From the NCBI RefSeq assembly GCF_009914755.1, contig NC_060940.1: DNA of 64,000 nucleotides; one strand, written 5' to 3'. How positions within the stretch are numbered: the stretch's first letter is position 1; each line of letters opens with the position of its first letter. Shown in pieces: positions 13,001 to 28,209 of this stretch. The translations under genes were made by a program, and so were the position numbers. The DNA comes from the human T2T-CHM13v2.0 reference genome, Homo sapiens. The notes under the pieces were generated by a model. The model was not told where the DNA came from and ran no database searches. It worked only from the letters and a program-made list of their open reading frames with translations.

Positions 13001-16000
13001 AAACATCCACTTGCAGATTCTGCAAAAAGAGGATTCCAAACTGCTCAATAAAAAGAAAGGTTCAACTCTGTGAGTTGAATGCACACATCAGAAAGAAGTT
13101 TCTCAGAATGCTTCTGTGTAGTTTTTATGTGAACATATTTGATTTTCCAAAGTAAGCTTTACAGCGCCACAATATCCACTTGCAGAATTTACAAAAAGAG
13201 AAATTCAAAACTGCTCAATCAAAAGATAGGTTGAACTCTGTGAGTTGAATGCACACATCACAATGAAGTTTCTGAGAATGCTTCTGTGTAGTTTTTATTT
13301 GAAGATATTTTCCTTTCAACTATAGGGCAAAAAGGGCTCCAAATATCCCCTTGCAGATTATGTAAAAACAGTGTTTCAAAACTGCTAAATCAAAAGAAAG
13401 GTCCAACTCTGTGAGATGAATGCACGCATCAAAAATAAGTTTCTCAGAATGCTTCTGTGTAGTTTTTATCTGAAGATATTTGCTTTTCTACGATAGGCCT
13501 CAAAGCGCTCCAAATATCCACTTGCAGATTCTACAAAAAGTGTATTTCAAAACCGATCAATCATAAGATAAGTTCAACCCTGTGAGATTAATGCACACAT
13601 CACAAAGAAGTTTCTCAAAATGCTTCTGTGTGGTTTTTAGGTAAAGCTATTTGCTTTTCCACAGTAGGCCTCACAGGGCTCCAAATATCCACCTGCAGAT
13701 TCTGCAAAAAGAGAGACTCAAACTTGCTCAATCAAAAGATAGGTTCAACTCTGTGAGTTGAATGCATACATCAGAAAGAAGTTTCTCTGAATGCTTCTGT
13801 GTAGTATTTATTTAAAGATATTTCCTTTTCCACCATTGGGTGAAAAGGGCTGCAAATATCCACTTGCAGATTCTACAAAGAGAGAGATTCAAAACTGTTC
13901 AATGAGAAGATAAATTCAAATCTGTGTGTTGGATGCACACCTCACAAAGGAGTTTCTCAGAATGCTTCTGTGTAGTTTTTACTTGAAGATATTTCCTTTT
14001 CCACAATAGGGCACAAAGGGCTCCAAATATCCACTTGCAGAGTCTACAAAAACAGATATTCTAAACTGCTCAATCAAAAGAAGCTTCAACTTTGGGAGTT
14101 GAATGCACACATCACAAAGAAGTTTCTCAGAATCTTTCTGAATAGTTTTTATGTGAAGATATTTCCTTTTCTGCAATAGGCCTCAAAGGGCTCCAATTAT
14201 CCAATTGCAGATTTTACAAAAAAAGGGTTACAAAACTGCTCAATCATAAGATATGTTCAACCCTGTGAGATGAGTGTACAAATCTAAATAAGGTTCTCAG
14301 AATATTTCAGTGTAGTTTTTATTTGAAGATATTTCCTCTTCCACCTTAGGCCACAAAGGGCTACAAATATCCACTTACAGATTCTGCAAAAAGAGAGATT
14401 CAAACTGTTCAATCAAAAGACAGGTTCAACTCTGTGAGTTGAATGCACACATCAGAAAGTAGTTTCTCAGAATGCTTCTGTATAGTTTTTATGTGAAAAT
14501 ATTTGCTTTTCCACAGTAGGCCTCAAAGGGTTCCAAATATCCACCTGCAGATTCTGCAAAAGGAGAGATTCCAAACTGCTCAATCAAAAGATAGCTTCAA
14601 CTCTGTGAGTTGAATGCATACATCACAGAGAAGTTTCTCTGAATGTCTCTGTGTAGTTTTTATTTGAAGATACTTCCCTTTCCATTAAAATGTGCAAAGG
14701 GTTCTAAATATCCACTTGCAGATTCTACAAAAAGAGAGTATCAAAACTGCTCAATCAAAAGAAAGGTTCAACTCTGTGAGATGAATGCACACATCCCAAA
14801 GAAGTTTCTGAGAATGCTTCTGCATAGTTTTTATAAGAAGGTATTTGCTATTCCACATTAGTCCTCCAAGGACTCCAAATATCCACCTGCAGACTCTGCA
14901 AATAGAGAGATTCAAAACTGCTCAATGAAAATATAAGTTCAACTCTGAGACTTAAATGCACACATCACAAAGAAGTTTCTCAGAATGCGTCTGTGTAGCT
15001 TTTATGTGAACATATTCGATTTTCAACAGTAGGCCTCACAGCGCTCCAAATATCCACTTGCAGATTTTACAAAAAGAGAGATTTGAAACTCTTCAACCAA
15101 AAGATAAGTTCAACTCTGTGAATTGAATGCACACATTATGAAGAAGTTTCTGAGAATGCTTCTGTGTTGTTTTTATTTGAAGATATTTCCTTTTCCATCA
15201 TAGAACCCAAAGGGCTCCAAATATCCACTTGCAGATTCTACAAAAAGAGAGATTCAAAACTGCTCAATCAAAAGATAGGTTCAACTCTGTGTATTGAATG
15301 CACACATCCCAAAGAAGTTTCTCACAATGCTTCTGAGTAGTTTTTATGTGAAGATATTTCCTTTTCCACAATATGCCTCAAAGGGATCCAAATATCCACT
15401 TGCAATTTTTCCAAAAAGAGTGTTTCAAAACTGCTCAAAGAAAAGAAAGGTTCAACACTGTGAGACGAATGCACACATGACAAAGAAGTTTCTCAGAATG
15501 CTTCTGTGTAGTTTTTATGTGAAGATATTTCCTTTTCCCAATAGGCCTCAAAGGGATCCAAATATCCACTTGCAGATTCTACAAAAAGAGAGATTCAAAA
15601 CTGCCCAATCAAAAGATAGGTTCAACTCTGTGATTTCAATGCACACATCACAAAGAAGTTTCTCAGAATTGCTTCTTTATAGTTTTTATGTGAAGATATT
15701 TGCTTTTCCACGGTAGGCCTCAAAGAGCTCCAAATATCCACTTGCAGATTCTACAAAAGAGTGTTTCAAAACTGCTCAATCATAAGGTAGGTTCAACCCT
15801 GTGAGATGAATGCACACATCCCTAAGAAGTTTCTCAGAATGTTTCTGTGTAGTTTTTATCTGAAGATATTTCATTTTTCACAATAGGCCACAAAGGGCTC
15901 CAAATATCCCCTTGCAGATTCTGTAAAAACAGTGTTTCAAAACTGCTAAATCAAAAGAAAGGTCCAACTCTGTGAGATGAATGCACGCATCAAAAATAAG

Positions 16001-18050
16001 TTTCTCAGAATGCTTCTGTGTAGCTTCTATTTTAATATATTTGCTTTTCCATGGTAGGCCCCAAGGTGCTCCAAACATCCACCTGCAGATCCTGCAAAAA
16101 GAGAGATTAAAAATTGCTCAATCAAAATATAGGTTCAACTCTGTTAGATGAATGCCGACATCACAAAGAAGTTTCTGAGAATGCTTCTGTGTATTATTTA
16201 TCTGAAGATATTTGCCTTTCCACATTGGGACTCAAGGTGCTCCAAATATCCACCTGCAGATTCTGCAAAAAGAGTTTTTCCAAATTTCTCAATGATAAGA
16301 TACCTTCAAAACTGTGAAATGAATGCAGTCATCACAAAGTAGTTTCTCAGAATCTTCCTGTGTAGTTTTTATGTGAAGATATTTCCTTTTCCACCATTGG
16401 GTGAAAAGGGCTCCAAATATCCACTTGCAGATTCTGCAAAAGAGAGATTGAAAACTGCTCAATCAAAAGATAGGTTCATCTCTGAGAGTTGAAGGCACAC
16501 AACCCAAAGAAGTTTCTCAGAATGCTTCTGTGCAGTTTTTATGTGAAGATATTTGGTTTTCCACAGTAGGTCTCTAAGGGCTCCAAATATCCAACTGCAG
16601 ATTCTGCAAAAAGAGAAATTCGAAACTTATCAATCAAAAGATATGTTCAACTCTGAGAGCTGAAGGCACACAACCCAAAGAAGTTTCTCAGAATGCTTCT
16701 GTGCAGTTTTTATGTGAAGATATTTGCTTTTCCACAGTAGATCTCTAAGGGCTCAAAATATCCAACTGCAGATTCTGCAAAAAGAGAGATTCGAAACTTA
16801 TCAATCAAAATATATGTTCAACTCTGTGAGGTGAATGCATACATCACAAAGAAGATTCTCTCAATGCTTCTGTCTAGTTTATCCTTGAAGACATTCCCTT
16901 TTCCACCATAGGTCACAAAGGGCTACAAATATGCACTTGCAGATTCTGCAAAAAGAGAGATTCAAAACTGCTCAATGAGAAGATAAGTTCAACACTGTGA
17001 GTGGAATGCACACATCCCAAAGAAGTTTCTCAGAATGCTTCTGTGTAGTTTTTATATGAACATATTTGATTTTCCACAGTAGGCCTCACAGCACTCCAAG
17101 TATCCAAGTGCAGAGTCTACAAAAAGAGAGATTCATAACTGCTCAATCTAAAGATAGTTTCAAGTCTGTGAGTTGAATGCACACATTATGAAGAAGTTTC
17201 TGAGAATGGTTCAGTGTAGTTGGTGTATAAGAATGCTTGTGATTTTTGTACATTGATTTTGTATCCTGAGACTTTGCTGAAGTTGCTTATCAGCTTAAGG
17301 AGAGTTTTTATGTGAAGATATTTGTCTTTCCATGGTAGGCCACAAAGCTCTCCACATATCCTCTTACAGATTCTACAAAAAGAGTATTTCAAAACTGCTC
17401 AATCATAAGATAGGTTCAAGCCTATCAGATGATTGCACACATCACAAAGAACTTTCTCAGAATATTTCTGTGTAGTTTTTATGTGAAGATATTTCCTTTT
17501 CCCATTAGGTCTCAAAGAGCTCCAAATATCCACTTGTAGATTCTACAGAAAGACTGTTTCAAAACTGCTCAAACAAAAGAAAGGTTCAAATCTGTGAGAT
17601 GAATGCACACATCACAAATAAGTGTCTCAGAATGCTTCTGTGTAGTTTTAATCTGAAGATATTTGCTTTTCCACGGTAGGCTTCAAAGTGCTCCAAATAT
17701 TTACTTGCAGATTCTACAAATGAGAGATTATAACCTGTTCAATCAAAAGATATGTTCAACTCTGTGTGTTTAATGCACACATCACAACGAAGTTTTTCAC
17801 AATGCTTCTGTGTAGTTTTTATGTGAAGATATTTCCTTTTCCACATTAGGCCTCAAAGGTCTCCAACTATCCACTTGCAGATTCTACAAAAAGAGTGCGT
17901 CAAAACTGCTAAATCAAAAGAAAGGTTCAACTCTGTGAGGTGAATGAACACATCAAAAAGAAGTTTCTCCGAATGCTTCTGTGTAGTTTTTCTCTGAAGA
18001 TATTTCCTTTTCCACAATAGGCCTTAATAGACTCCAAATATCCACTTGCA
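7051..18050 (-). repeat. Divergent alpha satellite, class Y monomers (CTGTGTAG / CTCAATC / GAGAGATTC / AAGATAGG / TTCTCAGA)
   Basis: Consistent switch of several diagnostic positions relative to class X. Boundaries are accurate to about one monomer. Confidence 0.9.
17219..17303 (-). mobile_element. ~85-bp internal L1 ORF2 (RT region) fragment inserted in a monomer
   Basis: Minus strand translates to [28 protein letters not shown]. Alpha sequence continues in phase on both sides. No poly(A) or 3'UTR. Confidence 0.95.
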
Positions 18051-19890
18051 GATTCTCCAAAAAGAGTATTTCAAATCTGCTCTATCAAAAGAAAGGTTAA
18101 ACTCTGTGAGTTGAATGCACTCATCACAAAGAAGTTTCTGAGAATGCTTTTGTCTAGTTTTTACGTGTAGATATTTCCTTTTCTAACATAGGCCTTAAAG
18201 GGAACCAATTACCCACTTGCAGAGTCTACAAAAAGAGTGTTCCAAATTGCTCTATGAAAAGAAAGGTTCAACTCTGTGAGTTGAATGCACACATCATGAA
18301 GAAGTTTCGGAGAATGCTTGTGTCTACTATTTATGTGTAGAAATTCCCTTTTCCACCATAGACCTCTAAAGGCTCCAATTACCCCCTTGCAGATTCTACA
18401 AAATGTTTGTTTCAAAACTACAGTATCAAAAGATGGGTTCAACTCTGTGAGTTGAATGCACACATCACAAAGAAATTTCTGAGAATGCTTCTGTCTAGTT
18501 TTTATGTGAAGATATTTCCTTTTTCACCATAGGCTTCAAATCTGTCCAAATATCCAATTGCAGATTCTACAGAAAGAGTGTTTCAAAGCTGCTCTATCAA
18601 AAGAAAGGCCCGACACTGTGAGTTGAATGCACACATCGCAAAGAAGTTTCTTAGAATGCTTCTGTATCGTGTTTATATGAAGACATTCCTTTTCCACCAT
18701 AGGCCTCAAAACGCTCCAAATATCTATTTGCAGATTCTACAAAAAGAGTGTTTCAAAACTGGTCTATCAAAAGAAAGGTTCAACTCTGTGAGCTAAATGC
18801 ACACATTACAAAGAAGTATCTGAGAATGCTTCTGTCTAGTTTTTATGTCAAGATATTTCCTTTTCCACCATAGGCCTCAAAGCACTCCAAATATCCAATT
18901 ACAGATACTACAAAAACAGTGTTTCAAATCTGCTGTATCAAAAGAAAGGTTAAACTCTGTGAGTTGAATGCACACATCACAAAGAAGTTTCTGAGAATGC
19001 TTCTGTCTAGTTTTTATATCAAGATATTTCCTTTTCCACCATAGGCCTCAAAGGGCTCCAAATATCCACTTGCAGATTCTGCAAAAACAGTGTTTCAAAA
19101 CTGCTCTATCAAAAGAAAGGTTCAACTCTGTGAGTTGAATGCACGCATTACAAAGAAGTATGTGAGAATGCTTCTGTCTATATTTTATGTCAAGATATTT
19201 TCTTTTCCACCATAGGCCTCAAAGCGCTCCAAATATCCACTTGCAGATTCTACAAAAGAGTGTTTCAAAACTGGTCTATCAAAAGAAAGGTTAAACTCTA
19301 TGAGTTGAATGCACACAACACGAAGAAGTTTCTGAGAAATCTTTCTAGTTTTTATGTGAAGGTATTTCCTTTTCCAACATAGTCCTCAATGGGAACCAAA
19401 TATCCACTTGCAGATTCTACAAAAAGAGTGTTTGAAAACAGCTGTATCAAAAGAAACGTTCAACTCTGTGAGTTGAATGCACACATCACAAAGACGTTTC
19501 TGAGATTGCTTCTGTCTAGTTTTTAAGTGAAGATATTTCATTTTCCAACATAGACTTCACAGGGAACCAAGTATCCACCTGCAGATTCTACAAAAAGAGT
19601 GTTTCAAACTGCTCTATCAAAAGAAAGGTTCAACTCTGTGAGTTGAATGCACACATCACAAAGAAGTTTCTGAGAATGATTCTGTCTAGTGATTATGTGA
19701 AGATAATTTATTTTCCACCATAGGCCTCAAAGCGCTCAAAATATCCATTTGCAGACTCTACAAAAAGAGTGTTTCAAAACAGCTCTATGAAAAGAAAGTT
19801 TCAACTCTGAAAGTTGAATGCGCACATCACAAAGGAGTTTCTGAGAATGCTTCTGTCTAGTTTTTATGTGAAGATATTTGCTTTTCCACA
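18051..19890 (-). repeat. Island of class X alpha satellite (~11 monomers) inside class Y
   Basis: CTGTCTAG/CTCTATC/TTCTGAGA signature and GGGAACCAA monomers return, then revert to class Y near 19900. Confidence 0.85.
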
Positions 19891-21061
19891 GTAGGCCACT
19901 AAGCACTCCAAATATCCACTTACAGATTCTCCAAAAAGAGTGTTTCTAAACTGCTCAATCATAAGATAGGTTCAGCACTTTGAGAAGAATGCACACATCA
20001 CGTAGATGTTTCTCAGAATGTTTCTGTGTAGTATTTATTTGAAGATAATTCCTTTTCCACCATAGGCCCCAAAGGGCTCCAAATATCCACTTGCAGATTC
20101 TGCAGAAAGGGAGATTCAAACCTGCTCAATCAAAAGATAGGATCAACTCTGTGAGTTGAATGCACACATACTAAAGAAGTTTCTCAGAATTCTTCTGTGT
20201 AGTTTTTATGTGAAGATATTTGCTTTTCCACATTAGGTTTCAAAGAGCTCCAAATATCCACCTGCAGATTCTGCAAAAAGAGACATTCAAAACTGCTCAA
20301 TCAAAAGATAAGTTCAACTCTGTGAGTTGAATGCATTCATCACGAGGAAGTTTCTGCGAATGCTTCTGTGTAGTTTTTATTTGGAGATATTTCGTTTTCC
20401 ACGATAGGCCACAAAGGGCTCCAATTATGCACTTGCAGATTCTACAAAAAGAGACATTAAAAACTGCTCAGTGCGAAGATAAGTTCAACTCTGTGAGCTG
20501 AATGCACACCTCACAAAGAGGTTTCTCAGAATGCTTCTGTGTAGTTCTCTTGTGAAGATATTTCCTTTTCAACAATAGCCCTCAAAGCTCTCCCAGCATA
20601 CACTTCCAGATTCTGCAAAAAGAGAGATTCAAAACTGCTCAATCAAAAGTAAGTTTCAACTCTGTGAGTTGAATGCAGACATCATGAAGAAGTTTCTGAG
20701 AATGCTTCTGTGTAGTTTTTATTTGAAGATATTTCTTTTTCCACCATAGGACACCAAGGGTTCCTAATATCCACTTGCAGATTTTCCAAAAGAGAGATTC
20801 AAAATTGCTCAAGCAAAAGTTAGGTTCAACTCTGTGAGATGAATGCACACATTTTAAAGAAGTTTCTCAGAATGCTTCTGTGTAGTTTTTATGTGAAGAT
20901 ATTTCCTTTTCCACAACAGGCCTCAAAGGGCTCCAAATATCCACTCGCAGATTCTACACAAAGAGTGGTTCAAAGCTGCTTAATCAATAGAAAGGTTCAA
21001 CTCTGTGAGAGGAATGAGCACATCACAAAGATGTTTCTCAGAATGCTTCCGTGTAGTTTTT
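19891..21061 (-). repeat. Divergent alpha satellite, class Y
   Basis: Class Y diagnostic motifs up to the L1 TSD. Confidence 0.92.
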
Positions 21062-23542
<2,481 letters not shown>

Positions 23543-23545
<3 letters not shown>

Positions 23546-26500
23546 TGTGTAGTTTTTATCTGAAGATATTTGCTTTTCCACGTTACGCCTCAAAACGCTC
23601 CAAATATCCACTTGCAGATTCTAAAAAAAGAGTGTTTCAAAACTGCTCAATCAAAAGATAGGTTCAAACCTGTGAGATGAATGCACACATCAAAAGAAGT
23701 TTCTCAGAATGTTTCTCTGTAGTTTTTAATTGAAGATATTTCCTTTTCAACCATAGGCAACAAAGGGCTCCAAATATCCACTTGCAGATTCTGCAAAAAG
23801 AGAGATTCAAAACTGCCTCAATCAAAAGACAGGTTCAAACCTGTGAGTTGAATGCACACATCCCAAAGAAGTTTCTCAGAATGTTTCTGTGTAGTTTTTA
23901 TGTGAAGTTATTTGCTTTCCACAGTGGGCCACAAAGAGCTCCAAATGTCCACCTGCAGATTCTGCAAAAAGAGAGATTCAAAACTGCTCAATGAAAAGAT
24001 AGGTTGAACTCTGTGAGTTGAATGCACACATCACAAAGAAATTTCTCTGAATGCTACTGTGTAGTTTTTATTTGAAGACATTTCCTTTTCCACCATAGGG
24101 TGCAAAGGGCTCCAAATATCCACTTGCAGATTCTACAAAAAGAGAGATTCAAACTGCTCAATCGAAAGAAAGGTTCAACTCTGGTAGGTGAATGCACACA
24201 TCACAAAGAAGTTGCCCAGAATGCTTCTGAGTAGCTTTTATGAGAAGATATTCCCTTTTCCACAATAGGCCTCAAAGGGATCCAATTATCCTCTTGCAGA
24301 TTTTACAAAAATAGTGTTTCAAAACTGCTCCATCAAAAGAAAGGTTCCACTCTGTGATATGAATGCACACATCACACAGAAGTTTCTCAGAATGATTCTG
24401 TGTAGTTTTTATGTGAAGATATTTCCTTTTCCACAATAGGCTTCAAAGGGCTCCAATTATCCACTTGCAGATTGTCCAAAAAGAGTGTTTCAAAACTGCT
24501 CAATCAAAAGAAAGTTTCAACTCTGTGAGATGAACACACACAACAAAAAGAAGTTTCTTAGAATGCTTCAGTGTAGTTTTAATCTGAAGATATTTGTTTT
24601 ACCACGGTAGGCCTCGAAGCGCTCCAAATATCCACTTGCAGATTCTACAAAAAGAGAGATTCTAAACTGGTCAATCAAAAGATAGGATCAACTCTGTGTG
24701 TTGAATGCACACATAACAAAGAAGTTGCTCAGAATGCTTCTGAGTAGCTTTTATGAGAAGTTATTCCCTTTTCCACAATAGGCCTCAAAGGGATCCAATT
24801 ATCCCCTTGCAGATTTTACAAAAACAGTGTTTCAGAACTGCTCAATCAAAAGAAAGGTTCCACTCTGTGAGATGAATGTACACATCACACAGAAGTTTCT
24901 CAGAATGATTCGGTGTAGTTTTTATGTGAAGATATTTCCTTTCCCACAATAGGCTTCAAAGGGCTCCAATTATCCACTTGCAGATTCTACAAAAAGAGAG
25001 ATTCTAAACTGCTCAATCAAAAGATAGGATCAACTCTGTGTGTTGAATGCACACATCACAAAGAAGTAGCTAAGAATGCTTCTGAGTAGCTTTTATGAGA
25101 AGATATTTCCTTTTCCACATTAGGCCTCAAAGGTCTCCAACTATCCTCTTGCAGATTCTACAAAAATATTGTTTCAAAACTGCTCAGTCAAAAGAAAGTT
25201 TCAAATCTGTGAGATGAATGCACACATCACAAAGAAGTTTCTGAGAATGCTTCTGTGTAGTTTTTATGTGAAGATATTTCCTTTTCCCAATAGGTCTCAA
25301 AGGGCTACTAATATCCACTTGCAAATTCTACAAAAAAACTGTTCAAAACTGCTCAATCAAAAGAAAGGTTCAACTCTGTGAGATGAATGCACACCTCACA
25401 AAGAAGTTTCTCAGAATGCTTCTGTGTAGTTTTTATCTGGAGATATTTGCTTTTCCAAGGTAGGCCTCAAAGCGCTCCAAATATCCACTTGCAGATTCTA
25501 CAAAAAGAGAGATTCTAAGCTGCTCAATCAAAAGACAGGTTCAACTGTCTGTGTTGAATGCACACATCACAAAGAAGTTTCTCAGAATGCTTCTGTGTAG
25601 TTTTTATATGAAGATATTTCCTTTTCCACATTAGACCACAATGCTATCCAACTATCCACTTGCAGATTCCACAAAAATAGTGTTTCAAAACTGTTCAATC
25701 AAAAGAAATGTTCAACTCCGTGAGATGAATGCACACATCACATAGAAGTTTCTGAGAATGCTTCTGTCTAGTTTTTATGTGAATATATTTCCTTTTCCCA
25801 ATAGGTCTCAAAGGGTTCCAAATATCCACTTGCAGATTTTACAAAAAGACTGTTTAAAAACTGCTCAATCAAAAGAAAGGTTCAACTCTGTGAGATGAAT
25901 ACACACACCACAAAGAAGTTTCTCAGAATGCTTCTGTGTATTTTTTATCTGAAGATATTCGCTTTTCCACGGTAGGCCTCAAAGTGCTAAAGTTATCCAC
26001 TTGCAGATTCTACAAAAGAGTGTTTCAAAACTGCTCAATCATAAGATAGGTTCAACTCTGAGAGATGAATGCACACATCACAAAGAAGCTGCTGAGCATG
26101 CTTCTGTGTAGTTTTTATGTGAACATATTCGATTTTCTACAGTAAGCCTCACAGCACTCCAAATATCCACTTGCAGATTCTACAAAAAGAGAGATTCAAA
26201 ACTCTTCAATCAAAAGATATGTTCAACTCTGTGAGTTGAATAAACACATCACAAAGAAGTTTCTGAGAATGCCTCTGTGTAGTTTTTATTTGAAGATATT
26301 TCCTTTCCCACCATAGAGCACAAAGGGTTCCAAATATCCATTTTCAGATTCCACAAAAAGTGAAATACAAATCTGCTCAATCAAAAGATAGGTTCAACTC
26401 TGTGTATTGAATGCACACATCACAAAGAAGTTTTTCAGTATGCTTCTGACTAGTTTTTATGTGAAGATATATCCTTTTCTACAACAAGACTCAAAGGGCT

Positions 26501-27970
26501 CCAATTATCCACTTGCAGATTCTACAAAAAGAGTGTTTCAAAACTGCTCAATCAAAAGAAATTTTCAACTCTCTGAGATGAATGGACACATCACAAAGCA
26601 GTTTTTTAGAAAGTTTCTGTTTAGTTTTTATGTGAAGATATTTCCTTTTCCACCATAGGCTGCAAAGGGCTCCAAATATCCACTTGTAGATTCTGCACAA
26701 AGAGAGATTCAAAACTGCTCAATCAAAAGACAGGTTCAACTCTGTCAGTTGAATGCACACATCCCAAAGAAGTTTCTCAGAAAGTTTCTGTGTACTTTTC
26801 CTATGAAGTTATTTGCTTTTCCACAGTAGGCCTCAAAGAGCTCCAAATATCCACCTGCAGATTCTGCAAAAAGAGAGATTCAAAGCTCCTCAATGTAAAG
26901 AGAAGTTCAACTCTGTCAGTTGAATGCAGACATCAGGAAGAAATTTCTCTGAATGCTTCTCTGTAGTTTTTATTTGAAGATACTTCCTTTTCCACCAAAA
27001 TGTTCAAAGGGCTCCAAATATCCACTTGCAGATTCTACAAAAGGGAGATTCAAAACTGTTTAATGAGAAGATAAGTTCAACTCTGTGAGTTCAATGGACA
27101 CCTCACAAAGAAGTTTTTCAGAATCATTCTGTGAATTTCTTATGTGAAGATATTTCCTTTCCACAATAGGACTCAAAGCTCTCGAAACATCTACTTGCAG
27201 ATACTGCAAAAAGTGAGATTCAAAACTGCACAATCAAAAGATAGGTTGAACTCTGTGAGTTGAATGCACACATCATGAAGACGATTCTGAGAATGCTTCT
27301 GGGTAGTTTTTATTTGAAGATATTTCCTTTTCCACCACAGGTCGAAAAGGGCTCCACATATCCACGTGCAGATTCTACACAAAGGGAGATTCAGCAATGC
27401 TCAATGAGAAGATAAGGTCAACTCTGTGAGTTGAATGCACACCTCATAAATAACTTTCTCAGAATGCTTCCGTGTAGTTTTAATGTGAAGGTATTTCCTT
27501 TTTGCACAATAGGCCTCAAAGCTCTCCAAATATCCACTTTCACATCCTGCAAAAAGTTAGCTTAAAAACTCCTCAATCAAAAGATAGTTTCAACTCTGTG
27601 AATTGAATACACACATCAGAAAGAAGTTTCTCAATATGTTTCTGAGTAGTTTTTACGTGAACATATTCAATGTTCCACAGTAGGCCTCACAGCACTTCAA
27701 AAATCCAATTGCAGATACTACAAAAAGAGAGATTCAAAACTGTTCCATCAAAAGATAGGTTGAAACCTCTGAGTTGAATGCACACATCACGATGAAGTTT
27801 CTTGGAAAGCTTCTGTGTAGTTTTTATTTGAAGATATTGCGTTTTCTACAATAGGGTGCAACGGGCTCCAAATATCCACTTTCAGAATCTACAAAAACAG
27901 AGATTCTAAACTGCTTAATCAAAAGATAATTTCAACTCTGTGAATTGAATGCACACATCACAAAGAATTT
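23543..27970 (-). repeat. Divergent alpha satellite, class Y
   Basis: Class Y motifs, with local 2- and 3-monomer duplications at ~24220-25150. Confidence 0.92.
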
Positions 27971-28209
27971 TCTGAGAATACTTCTTTATAGTTTTTACGT
28001 GAAAATATTTCGTTTTCCAACATAGGTCACAAAGGGAACCAAATATCCACGTGCAGATTCTATACAAAAAGTGTTTCAAAACTGACCTATTGAAAGAATG
28101 GTTCAATTCTGAGAGTTGAAGTTACACACCAAAAGGAAGTTTCTGAAAATGCTTCTGTCTAGATTTAAAGTGAAGATAATTCCTTTTCCAACATAGGCCT
28201 CAAAGCGCT

